Position numbers and translations under genes: made by a program. From the human T2T-CHM13v2.0 reference genome, Homo sapiens: a stretch of 64,000 bases of DNA. The DNA is taken from assembly GCF_009914755.1 (NCBI RefSeq), contig NC_060938.1, one strand, 5' to 3'. Shown here one piece after another: positions 28,301 to 42,000 of the stretch. Position 1 is the stretch's first letter. Every line of letters begins with the position of its first letter. The notes beneath the pieces were generated by a model that saw only the letters and a program-made list of their open reading frames with translations, did not search any database and was not told the DNA's origin.

Positions 28301-31300
28301 TCCACTTGCAGATTCAACAAAAAGTGTTTTTCAGAACTGCTCTATCAAAAGAAAGATCCACCTCTGTTAGCTGAGTTCACACATCACAAACAAGTTTATG
28401 AGAATGCTTCTGTCTAGTTTTTATTTGAAGATATTTCCTTTCTCACCATAGAGCTGAAAGCTGTCCTAATGTTCACTTCCAGATACTACAGAAAGAGTGT
28501 TTCAAAACTGCTGTACGAAAGGGAATGTTCAACTCTGTGACTTGAATGCACACATCACAAAGAAGTTTCTGAGGATGCTGCTGTCTACTTTTTATACGTA
28601 ATCCCGTTTCCAACGAAATCCTCCAAGCTATCCAAATATCCACTTGCAGATTCCACAGAAAGACTGTTTCAAAACTGCTCTGTCAATAGAAAGGTTCAAC
28701 TCTGTTAGCTGCGTGCATATATCCCAAAGAAGATTCTGAGATTGCTTCTGTCTAGTTTTTATGGGAAGATATTTCCCTTTTCACCGTAGGCGTCAAGGCG
28801 CTCCAAATGTCCACTTCCAGATACTACAAAAAGAGTGTTTCAAACCTACTCTGTGAAAGGGAATATTCAACTCTGTGACTTGAATGCACATATCACAAAG
28901 AAGTTTCTGAGAATGCTTCTGTCGAGATTTTATATGAAGATATTCCCGTTTCCAACGAAATGCTGAAATCTATCCAAATATCCCCTCGCAGATTCTACAA
29001 AAAGAGTGTTTCAAAACTGCTCTGTGAAAAGAAAGGTTCAACTCTGTTAGTTGAGTACACACATCACAAACAAGTTTCACAGAATGCTTCTTTCTAGCTT
29101 GTAGGGGAAGATATTCCCTTTATCACCATGGGCCTCCAACCGTCCGAAACATCCACTTCCATATACTACAAAAAGAGCGTTTCAAACCTGCTCTATGAAA
29201 GGCAATGTTCAACTCTGTGACTTGAATGCAGACATCACAGAGCAGTTTCTGAGAATGCTTCTGTCTAGATTTTATAGGAAGATATTCCCGTTTCCAACGA
29301 AATCTTCACAGCTATCCAAATATCCACTTGCAGATTCTACAAAAAGAGTGCATCAAAACTGCTCTGTCAAAAGGAAGGTTCTTCTCTGTTAGGTGAGTGC
29401 ATACGTCATAAAGGAGTTTCTGAGAATGTTTCTGTCTAGTGGTTATGGGAAGATATTTGCTTTTTCACCGTAGGCCTCAGAGCGCTCCAAATATCCACTT
29501 GCACATACTACAAAAAGAGTGCTTCAAAGCTGCTCTCTGAAACGGAATGTTCAACTCTATGAGTTGAATGCAAACATCACAAAGACGTTTCTGAGAATGC
29601 TTCTGTCTAGATTTGATATGAAGATATTCCCGTTTCCAACGAAATCTTCAAATCTATCCAAATGTCCACTTGCAGATTCAACAAAAAGTGTTTTTCAGAA
29701 CTGCTCTATCAAAAGAAAGATCCACCTCTGTTAGCTGAGTTCACACATCACAAACAAGTTTATGAGAATGCTTCTGTCTAGTTTTTATTTGAAGATATTT
29801 CCTTTCTCACCATAGAGCTGAAAGCTGTCCTAATGTTCACTTCCAGATACTACAGAAAGAGTGTTTCAAAACTGCTGTACGAAAGGGAATGTTCAACTCT
29901 GTGACTTGAATGCACACATCACAAAGAAGTTTCTGAGGATGCTGCTGTCTACTTTTTATACGTAATCCCGTTTCCAACGAAATCCTCCAAGCTATCCAAA
30001 TATCCACTTGCAGATTCCACAGAAAGACTGTTTCAAAACTGCTCTGTCAATAGAAAGGTTCAACTCTGTTAGCTGCATGCATATATCCCAAAGAAGATTC
30101 TGAGATTGCTTCTGTCTAGTTTTTATGGGAAGATATTTCCCTTTTCACCGTAGGCGTCAAGGCGCTCCAAATGTCCACTTCCAGATACTACAAAAAGAGT
30201 GTTTCAAACCTACTCTGTGAAAGGGAATATTCAACTCTGTGACTTGAATGCACATATCACAAGGAAGTTTCTGAGAATGCTTCTGTCGAGATTTTATATG
30301 AAGATATTCCCGTTTCCAACGAAATCCTGAAATGTATCCAAATATCCCCTTGCAGATTCTACAAAAAGAGTGTTTCAAAACTGCTCTGTAAAAAGAAAGG
30401 TTCAACTCTGTTAGTTGAGTACACACATCACAAACAAGTTTCACACAATGCTTCTTTCTAGCTTGTAGGGGAAGATATTCCCTTTATCACCATGGGCCTC
30501 AAACCGTCCGATAAGTCCACTTCCATATACTACAAAAAGAGCGTTTCAAACCTGCTCTATGAAAGGCAATGTTCAACTCTGTGACTTGAATGCAGACATC
30601 ACAGAGCAGTTTCTGAGAATGCTTCTGTCTAGATTTTATAGGAAGATATTCCCGTTTCCAACGAAATCTTCACAGCTATCCAAATATCCACTTGCAGATT
30701 CTACAAAAAGAGTGTATCAAAACTGCTCTGTCAAAAGGAAGGTTCTTTTCTGTTAGGTGAGTGCATACGTCATAAAGGAGTTTCTGAGAATGTTTCTGTC
30801 TAGTGGTTATGGGAAGATATTTGCTTTTTCACCGTAGGCCTCAGAGCGCTCCAAATATCCACTTGCACATACTACAAAAAGAGTGCCTCAAAGCTGCTCT
30901 CTGAAACGGAATGTTCAACTCTATGAGTTGAATGCAAACATCGCAAAGACGTTTCTGAGAATGCTTCTGTCTAGATTTGATATGAAGATATTCCCGTTTC
31001 CAACGAAATCTTCAAATCTATCCAAATGTCCACTTGCAGATTCAACAAAAAGTGTTTTTCAGAACTGCTCTATCAAAAGAAAGATCCACCTCTGTTAGCT
31101 GAGTTCACACATCACAAACAAGTTTATGAGAATGCTTCTGTCTAGTTTTTATTTGAAGATATTTCCTTTCTCACCATAGAGCTGAAAGCTGTCCTAATGT
31201 TCACTTCCAGATACTACAGAAAGAGTGTTTCAAAACTGCTGTACGAAAGGGAATGTTCAACTCTGTGACTTGAATGCACACATCACAAAGAAGTTTCTGA

Positions 31301-33053
31301 GGATGCTGCTGTCTACTTTTTATACGTAATCCCGTTTCCAACGAAATCCTCCAAGCTATCCAAATATCCACTTGCAGATTCCACAGAAAGACTGTTTCAA
31401 AACTGCTCTGTCAATAGAAAGGTTCAACTCTGTTAGCTGCGTGCATATATCCCAAAGAAGATTCTGAGATTGCTTCTGTCTAGTTTTTATGGGAAGATAT
31501 TTCCCTTTTCACCGTAGGCGTCAAGGCGCTCCAAATGTCCACTTCCAGATACTACAAAAAGAGTGTTTCAAACCTACTCTGTGAAAGGGAATATTCAACT
31601 CTGTGACTTGAATGCACATATCACAAAGAAGTTTCTGAGAATGCTTCTGTCGAGATTTTATATGAAGATATTCCCGTTTCCAACGAAATGCTGAAATCTA
31701 TCCAAATATCCCCTCGCAGATTCTACAAAAAGAGTGTTTCAAAACTGCTCTGTGAAAAGAAAGGTTCAACTCTGTTAGTTGAGTACACACATCACAAACA
31801 AGTTTCACAGAATGCTTCTTTCTAGCTTGTAGGGGAAGATATTCCCTTTATCACCATGGGCCTCCAACCGTCCGAAACATCCACTTCCATATACTACAAA
31901 AAGAGCGTTTCAAACCTGCTCTATGAAAGGCAATGTTCAACTCTGTGACTTGAATGCAGACATCACAGAGCAGTTTCTGAGAATGCTTCTGTCTAGATTT
32001 TATAGGAAGATATTCCCGTTTCCAACGAAATCTTCACAGCTATCCAAATATCCACTTGCAGATTCTACAAAAAGAGTGCATCAAAACTGCTCTGTCAAAA
32101 GGAAGGTTCTTCTCTGTTAGGTGAGTGCATACGTCATAAAGGAGTTTCTGAGAATGTTTCTGTCTAGTGGTTATGGGAAGATATTTGCTTTTTCACCGTA
32201 GGCCTCAGAGCGCTCCAAATATCCACTTGCACATACTACAAAAAGAGTGCTTCAAAGCTGCTCTCTGAAACGGAATGTTCAACTCTATGAGTTGAATGCA
32301 AACATCACAAAGACGTTTCTGAGAATGCTTCTGTCTAGATTTGATATGAAGATATTCCCGTTTCCAACGAAATCTTCAAATCTATCCAAATGTCCACTTG
32401 CAGATTCAACAAAAAGTGTTTTTCAGAACTGCTCTATCAAAAGAAAGATCCACCTCTGTTAGCTGAGTTCACACATCACAAACAAGTTTATGAGAATGCT
32501 TCTGTCTAGTTTTTATTTGAAGATATTTCCTTTCTCACCATAGAGCTGAAAGCTGTCCTAATGTTCACTTCCAGATACTACAGAAAGAGTGTTTCAAAAC
32601 TGCTGTACGAAAGGGAATGTTCAACTCTGTGACTTGAATGCACACATCACAAAGAAGTTTCTGAGGATGCTGCTGTCTACTTTTTATACGTAATCCCGTT
32701 TCCAACGAAATCCTCCAAGCTATCCAAATATCCACTTGCAGATTCCACAGAAAGACTGTTTCAAAACTGCTCTGTCAATAGAAAGGTTCAACTCTGTTAG
32801 CTGCATGCATATATCCCAAAGAAGATTCTGAGATTGCTTCTGTCTAGTTTTTATGGGAAGATATTTCCCTTTTCACCGTAGGCGTCAAGGCGCTCCAAAT
32901 GTCCACTTCCAGATACTACAAAAAGAGTGTTTCAAACCTACTCTGTGAAAGGGAATATTCAACTCTGTGACTTGAATGCACATATCACAAGGAAGTTTCT
33001 GAGAATGCTTCTGTCGAGATTTTATATGAAGATATTCCCGTTTCCAACGAAAT

Positions 33054-36000
33054 CCTGAAATGTATCCAAATATCCCCTTGCAGATTCTACAAAAAGAGTG
33101 TTTCAAAACTGCTCTGTAAAAAGAAAGGTTCAACTCTGTTAGTTGAGTACACACATCACAAACAAGTTTCACACAATGCTTCTTTCTAGCTTGTAGGGGA
33201 AGATATTCCCTTTATCACCATGGGCCTCAAACCGTCCGATAAGTCCACTTCCATATACTACAAAAAGAGCGTTTCAAACCTGCTCTATGAAAGGCAATGT
33301 TCAACTCTGTGACTTGAATGCAGACATCACAGAGCAGTTTCTGAGAATGCTTCTGTCTAGATTTTATAGGAAGATATTCCCGTTTCCAACGAAATCTTCA
33401 CAGCTATCCAAATATCCACTTGCAGATTCTACAAAAAGAGTGTATCAAAACTGCTCTGTCAAAAGGAAGGTTCTTTTCTGTTAGGTGAGTGCATACGTCA
33501 TAAAGGAGTTTCTGAGAATGTTTCTGTCTAGTGGTTATGGGAAGATATTTGCTTTTTCACCGTAGGCCTCAGAGCGCTCCAAATATCCACTTGCACATAC
33601 TACAAAAAGAGTGCCTCAAAGCTGCTCTCTGAAACGGAATGTTCAACTCTATGAGTTGAATGCAAACATCGCAAAGACGTTTCTGAGAATGCTTCTGTCT
33701 AGATTTGATATGAAGATATTCCCGTTTCCAACGAAATCTTCAAATCTATCCAAATGTCCACTTGCAGATTCAACAAAAAGTGTTTTTCAGAACTGCTCTA
33801 TCAAAAGAAAGATCCACCTCTGTTAGCTGAGTTCACACATCACAAACAAGTTTATGAGAATGCTTCTGTCTAGTTTTTATTTGAAGATATTTCCTTTCTC
33901 ACCATAGAGCTGAAAGCTGTCCTAATGTTCACTTCCAGATACTACAGAAAGAGTGTTTCAAAACTGCTGTACGAAAGGGAATGTTCAACTCTGTGACTTG
34001 AATGCACACATCACAAAGAAGTTTCTGAGGATGCTGCTGTCTACTTTTTATACGTAATCCCGTTTCCAACGAAATCCTCCAAGCTATCCAAATATCCACT
34101 TGCAGATTCCACAGAAAGACTGTTTCAAAACTGCTCTGTCAATAGAAAGGTTCAACTCTGTTAGCTGCATGCATATATCCCAAAGAAGATTCTGAGATTG
34201 CTTCTGTCTAGTTTTTATGGGAAGATATTTCCCTTTTCACCGTAGGCGTCAAGGCGCTCCAAATGTCCACTTCCAGATACTACAAAAAGAGTGTTTCAAA
34301 CCTACTCTGTGAAAGGGAATATTCAACTCTGTGACTTGAATGCACATATCACAAGGAAGTTTCTGAGAATGCTTCTGTCGAGATTTTATATGAAGATATT
34401 CCCGTTTCCAACGAAATCCTGAAATGTATCCAAATATCCCCTTGCAGATTCTACAAAAAGAGTGTTTCAAAACTGCTCTGTAAAAAGAAAGGTTCAACTC
34501 TGTTAGTTGAGTACACACATCACAAACAAGTTTCACACAATGCTTCTTTCTAGCTTGTAGGGGAAGATATTCCCTTTATCACCATGGGCCTCAAACCGTC
34601 CGATAAGTCCACTTCCATATACTACAAAAAGAGCGTTTCAAACCTGCTCTATGAAAGGCAATGTTCAACTCTGTGACTTGAATGCAGACATCACAGAGCA
34701 GTTTCTGAGAATGCTTCTGTCTAGATTTTATAGGAAGATATTCCCGTTTCCAACGAAATCTTCACAGCTATCCAAATATCCACTTGCAGATTCTACAAAA
34801 AGAGTGTATCAAAACTGCTCTGTCAAAAGGAAGGTTCTTTTCTGTTAGGTGAGTGCATACGTCATAAAGGAGTTTCTGAGAATGTTTCTGTCTAGTGGTT
34901 ATGGGAAGATATTTGCTTTTTCACCGTAGGCCTCAGAGCGCTCCAAATATCCACTTGCACATACTACAAAAAGAGTGCCTCAAAGCTGCTCTCTGAAACG
35001 GAATGTTCAACTCTATGAGTTGAATGCAAACATCGCAAAGACGTTTCTGAGAATGCTTCTGTCTAGATTTGATATGAAGATATTCCCGTTTCCAACGAAA
35101 TCTTCAAATCTATCCAAATGTCCACTTGCAGATTCAACAAAAAGTGTTTTTCAGAACTGCTCTATCAAAAGAAAGATCCACCTCTGTTAGCTGAGTTCAC
35201 ACATCACAAACAAGTTTATGAGAATGCTTCTGTCTAGTTTTTATTTGAAGATATTTCCTTTCTCACCATAGAGCTGAAAGCTGTCCTAATGTTCACTTCC
35301 AGATACTACAGAAAGAGTGTTTCAAAACTGCTGTACGAAAGGGAATGTTCAACTCTGTGACTTGAATGCACACATCACAAAGAAGTTTCTGAGGATGCTG
35401 CTGTCTACTTTTTATACGTAATCCCGTTTCCAACGAAATCCTCCAAGCTATCCAAATATCCACTTGCAGATTCCACAGAAAGACTGTTTCAAAACTGCTC
35501 TGTCAATAGAAAGGTTCAACTCTGTTAGCTGCGTGCATATATCCCAAAGAAGATTCTGAGATTGCTTCTGTCTAGTTTTTATGGGAAGATATTTCCCTTT
35601 TCACCGTAGGCGTCAAGGCGCTCCAAATGTCCACTTCCAGATACTACAAAAAGAGTGTTTCAAACCTACTCTGTGAAAGGGAATATTCAACTCTGTGACT
35701 TGAATGCACATATCACAAAGAAGTTTCTGAGAATGCTTCTGTCGAGATTTTATATGAAGATATTCCCGTTTCCAACGAAATCCTGAAATCTATCCAAATA
35801 TCCCCTCGCAGATTCTACAAAAAGAGTGTTTCAAAACTGCTCTGTGAAAAGAAAGGTTCAACTCTGTTAGTTGAGTACACACATCACAAACAAGTTTCAC
35901 AGAATGCTTCTTTCTAGCTCGTAGGGGAAGATATTCCCTTTATCACCATGGGCCTCCAACCGTCCGAAACATCCACTTCCATATACTACAAAAAGAGCGT

Positions 36001-39000
36001 TTCAAACCTGCTCTATGAAAGGCAATGTTCAACTCTGTGACTTGAATGCAGACATCACAGAGCAGTTTCTGAGAATGCTTCTGTCTAGATTTTATAGGAA
36101 GATATTCCCGTTTCCAACGAAATCTTCACAGCTATCCAAATATCCACTTGCAGATTCTACAAAAAGAGTGCATCAAAACTGCTCTGTCAAAAGGAAGGTT
36201 CTTCTCTGTTAGGTGAGTGCATACGTCATAAAGGAGTTTCTGAGAATGTTTCTGTCTAGTGGTTATGGGAAGATATTTGCTTTTTCACCGTAGGCCTCAG
36301 AGCGCTCCAAATATCCACTTGCACATACTACAAAAAGAGTGCCTCAAAGCTGCTCTCTGAAACGGAATGTTCAACTCTATGAGTTGAATGCAAACATCAC
36401 AAAGACGTTTCTGAGAATGCTTCTGTCTAGATTTGATATGAAGATATTCCCGTTTCCAACGAAATCTTCAAATCTATCCAAATGTCCACTTGCAGATTCA
36501 ACAAAAAGTGTTTTTCAGAACTGCTCTATCAAAAGAAAGATCCACCTCTGTTAGCTGAGTTCACACATCACAAACAAGTTTATGAGAATGCTTCTGTCTA
36601 GTTTTTATTTGAAGATATTTCCTTTCTCACCATAGAGCTGAAAGCTGTCCTAATGTTCACTTCCAGATACTACAGAAAGAGTGTTTCAAAACTGCTGTAC
36701 GAAAGGGAATGTTCAACTCTGTGACTTGAATGCACACATCACAAAGAAGTTTCTGAGGATGCTGCTGTCTACTTTTTATACGTAATCCCGTTTCCAACGA
36801 AATCCTCCAAGCTATCCAAATATCCACTTGCAGATTCCACAGAAAGACTGTTTCAAAACTGCTCTGTCAATAGAAAGGTTCAACTCTGTTAGCTGCATGC
36901 ATATATCCCAAAGAAGATTCTGAGATTGCTTCTGTCTAGTTTTTATGGGAAGATATTTCCCTTTTCACCATAGGCGTCAAGGCGCTCCAAATGTCCACTT
37001 CCAGATACTACAAAAAGAGTGTTTCAAACCTACTCTGTGAAAGGGAATATTCAACTCTGTGACTTGAATGCACATATCACAAGGAAGTTTCTGAGAATGC
37101 TTCTGTCGAGATTTTATATGAAGATATTCCCGTTTCCAACGAAATCCTGAAATCTATCCAAATATCCCCTTGCAGATTCTACAAAAAGAGTGTTTCAAAA
37201 CTGCTCTGTAAAAAGAAAGGTTCAACTCTGTTAGTTGAGTACACACATCACAAACAAGTTTCACACAATGCTTCTTTCTAGCTTGTAGGGGAAGATATTC
37301 CCTTTATCACCATGGGCCTCAAACCGTCCGATAAGTCCACTTCCATATACTACAAAAAGAGCGTTTCAAACCTGCTCTATGAAAGGCAATGTTCAACTCT
37401 GTGACTTGAATGCAGACATCACAGAGCAGTTTCTGAGAATGCTTCTGTCTAGATTTTATAGGAAGATATTCCCGTTTCCAACGAAATCTTCACAGCTATC
37501 CAAATATCCACTTGCAGATTCTACAAAAAGAGTGTATCAAAACTGCTCTGTCAAAAGGAAGGTTCTTTTCTGTTAGGTGAGTGCATACGTCATAAAGGAG
37601 TTTCTGAGAATGTTTCTGTCTAGTGGTTATGGGAAGATATTTGCTTTTTCACCGTAGGCCTCAGAGCGCTCCAAATATCCACTTGCACATACTACAAAAA
37701 GAGTGCCTCAAAGCTGCTCTCTGAAACGGAATGTTCAACTCTATGAGTTGAATGCAAACATCGCAAAGACGTTTCTGAGAATGCTTCTGTCTAGATTTGA
37801 TATGAAGATATTCCCGTTTCCAACGAAATCTTCAAATCTATCCAAATGTCCACTTGCAGATTCAACAAAAAGTGTTTTTCAGAACTGCTCTATCAAAAGA
37901 AAGATCCACCTCTGTTAGCTGAGTTCACACATCACAAACAAGTTTATGAGAATGCTTCTGTCTAGTTTTTATTTGAAGATATTTCCTTTCTCACCATAGA
38001 GCTGAAAGCTGTCCTAATGTTCACTTCCAGATACTACAGAAAGAGTGTTTCAAAACTGCTGTACGAAAGGGAATGTTCAACTCTGTGACTTGAATGCACA
38101 CATCACAAAGAAGTTTCTGAGGATGCTGCTGTCTACTTTTTATACGTAATCCCGTTTCCAACGAAATCCTCCAAGCTATCCAAATATCCACTTGCAGATT
38201 CCACAGAAAGACTGTTTCAAAACTGCTCTGTCAATAGAAAGGTTCAACTCTGTTAGCTGCGTGCATATATCCCAAAGAAGATTCTGAGATTGCTTCTGTC
38301 TAGTTTTTATGGGAAGATATTTCCCTTTTCACCGTAGGTGTCAAGGCGCTCCAAATGTCCACTTCCAGATACTACAAAAAGAGTGTTTCAAACCTACTCT
38401 GTGAAAGGGAATATTCAACTCTGTGACTTGAATGCACATATCACAAAGAAGTTTCTGAGAATGCTTCTGTCGAGATTTTATATGAAGATATTCCCGTTTC
38501 CAACGAAATGCTGAAATCTATCCAAATATCCCCTCGCAGATTCTACAAAAAGAGTGTTTCAAAACTGCTCTGTGAAAAGAAAGGTTCAACTCTGTTAGTT
38601 GAGTACACACATCACAAACAAGTTTCACAGAATGCTTCTTTCTAGCTTGTAGGGGAAGATATTCCCTTTATCACCATGGGCCTCCAACCGTCCGAAACAT
38701 CCACTTCCATATACTACAAAAAGAGCGTTTCAAACCTGCTCTATGAAAGGCAATGTTCAACTCTGTGACTTGAATGCAGACATCACAGAGCAGTTTCTGA
38801 GAATGCTTCTGTCTAGATTTTATAGGAAGATATTCCCGTTTCCAACGAAATCTTCACAGCTATCCAAATATCCACTTGCAGATTCTACAAAAAGAGTGTA
38901 TCAAAACTGCTCTGTCAAAAGGAAGGTTCTTCTCTGTTAGGTGAGTGCATACGTCATAAAGGAGTTTCTGAGAATGTTTCTGTCTAGTGGTTATGGGAAG

Positions 39001-42000
39001 ATATTTGCTTTTTCACCGTAGGCCTCAGAGCGCTCCAAATATCCACTTGCACATACTACAAAAAGAGTGCTTCAAAGCTGCTCTCTGAAACGGAATGTTC
39101 AACTCTATGAGTTGAATGCAAACATCACAAAGACGTTTCTGAGAATGCTTCTGTCTAGATTTGATATGAAGATATTCCCGTTTCCAACGAAATCTTCAAA
39201 TCTATCCAAATGTCCACTTGCAGATTCAACAAAAAGTGTTTTTCAGAACTGCTCTATCAAAAGAAAGATCCACCTCTGTTAGCTGAGTTCACACATCACA
39301 AACAAGTTTATGAGAATGCTTCTGTCTAGTTTTTATTTGAAGATATTTCCTTTCTCACCATAGAGCTGAAAGCTGTCCTAATGTTCACTTCCAGATACTA
39401 CAGAAAGAGTGTTTCAAAACTGCTGTACGAAAGGGAATGTTCAACTCTGTGACTTGAATGCACACATCACAAAGAAGTTTCTGAGGATGCTGCTGTCTAC
39501 TTTTTATACGTAATCCCGTTTCCAACGAAATCCTCCAAGCTATCCAAATATCCACTTGCAGATTCCACAGAAAGACTGTTTCAAAACTGCTCTGTCAATA
39601 GAAAGGTTCAACTCTGTTAGCTGCATGCATATATCCCAAAGAAGATTCTGAGATTGCTTCTGTCTAGTTTTTATGGGAAGATATTTCCCTTTTCACCGTA
39701 GGCGTCAAGGCGCTCCAAATGTCCACTTCCAGATACTACAAAAAGAGTGTTTCAAACCTACTCTGTGAAAGGGAATATTCAACTCTGTGACTTGAATGCA
39801 CATATCACAAGGAAGTTTCTGAGAATGCTTCTGTCGAGATTTTATATGAAGATATTCCCGTTTCCAACGAAATCCTGAAATGTATCCAAATATCCCCTTG
39901 CAGATTCTACAAAAAGAGTGTTTCAAAACTGCTCTGTAAAAAGAAAGGTTCAACTCTGTTAGTTGAGTACACACATCACAAACAAGTTTCACACAATGCT
40001 TCTTTCTAGCTTGTAGGGGAAGATATTCCCTTTATCACCATGGGCCTCAAACCGTCCGATAAGTCCACTTCCATATACTACAAAAAGAGCGTTTCAAACC
40101 TGCTCTATGAAAGGCAATGTTCAACTCTGTGACTTGAATGCAGACATCACAGAGCAGTTTCTGAGAATGCTTCTGTCTAGATTTTATAGGAAGATATTCC
40201 CGTTTCCAACGAAATCTTCACAGCTATCCAAATATCCACTTGCGGATTCTACAAAAAGAGTGTATCAAAACTGCTCTGTCAAAAGGAAGGTTCTTTTCTG
40301 TTAGGTGAGTGCATACGTCATAAAGGAGTTTCTGAGAATGTTTCTGTCTAGTGGTTATGGGAAGATATTTGCTTTTTCACCGTAGGCCTCAGAGCGCTCC
40401 AAATATCCACTTGCACATACTACAAAAAGAGTGCCTCAAAGCTGCTCTCTGAAACGGAATGTTCAACTCTATGAGTTGAATGCAAACATCGCAAAGACGT
40501 TTCTGAGAATGCTTCTGTCTAGATTTGATATGAAGATATTCCCGTTTCCAACGAAATCTTCAAATCTATCCAAATGTCCACTTGCAGATTCAACAAAAAG
40601 TGTTTTTCAGAACTGCTCTATCAAAAGAAAGATCCACCTCTGTTAGCTGAGTTCACACATCACAAACAAGTTTATGAGAATGCTTCTGTCTAGTTTTTAT
40701 TTGAAGATATTTCCTTTCTCACCATAGAGCTGAAAGCTGTCCTAATGTTCACTTCCAGATACTACAGAAAGAGTGTTTCAAAACTGCTGTACGAAAGGGA
40801 ATGTTCAACTATGTGACTTGAATGCACACATCACAAAGAAGTTTCTGAGGATGCTGCTGTCTACTTTTTATACGTAATCCCGTTTCCAACGAAATCCTCC
40901 AAGCTATCCAAATATCCACTTGCAGATTCCACAGAAAGACTGTTTCAAAACTGCTCTGTCAATAGAAAGGTTCAACTCTGTTAGCTGCGTGCATATATCC
41001 CAAAGAAGATTCTGAGATTGCTTCTGTCTAGTTTTTATGGGAAGATATTTCCCTTTTCACCGTAGGTGTCAAGGCGCTCCAAATGTCCACTTCCAGATAC
41101 TACAAAAAGAGTGTTTCAAACCTACTCTGTGAAAGGGAATATTCAACTCTGTGACTTGAATGCACATATCACAAAGAAGTTTCTGAGAATGCTTCTGTCG
41201 AGATTTTATATGAAGATATTCCCGTTTCCAACGAAATGCTGAAATCTATCCAAATATCCCCTCGCAGATTCTACAAAAAGAGTGTTTCAAAACTGCTCTG
41301 TGAAAAGAAAGGTTCAACTCTGTTAGTTGAGTACACACATCACAAACAAGTTTCACACAATGCTTCTTTCTAGCTTGTAGGGGAAGATATTCCCTTTATC
41401 ACCATGGGCCTCCAACCGTCCGAAACATCCACTTCCATATACTACAAAAAGAGCGTTTCAAACCTGCTCTATGAAAGGCAATGTTCAACTCTGTGACTTG
41501 AATGCAGACATCACAGAGCAGTTTCTGAGAATGCTTCTGTCTAGATTTTATAGGAAGATATTCCCGTTTCCAACGAAATCTTCACAGCTATCCAAATATC
41601 CACTTGCAGATTCTACAAAAAGAGTGTATCAAAACTGCTCTGTCAAAAGGAAGGTTCTTCTCTGTTAGGTGAGTGCATACGTCATAAAGGAGTTTCTGAG
41701 AATGTTTCTGTCTAGTGGTTATGGGAAGATATTTGCTTTTTCACCGTAGGCCTCAGAGCGCTCCAAATATCCACTTGCACATACTACAAAAAGAGTGCTT
41801 CAAAGCTGCTCTCTGAAACGGAATGTTCAACTCTATGAGTTGAATGCAAACATCACAAAGACGTTTCTGAGAATGCTTCTGTCTAGATTTGATATGAAGA
41901 TATTCCCGTTTCCAACGAAATCTTCAAATCTATCCAAATGTCCACTTGCAGATTCAACAAAAAGTGTTTTTCAGAACTGCTCTATCAAAAGAAAGATCCA

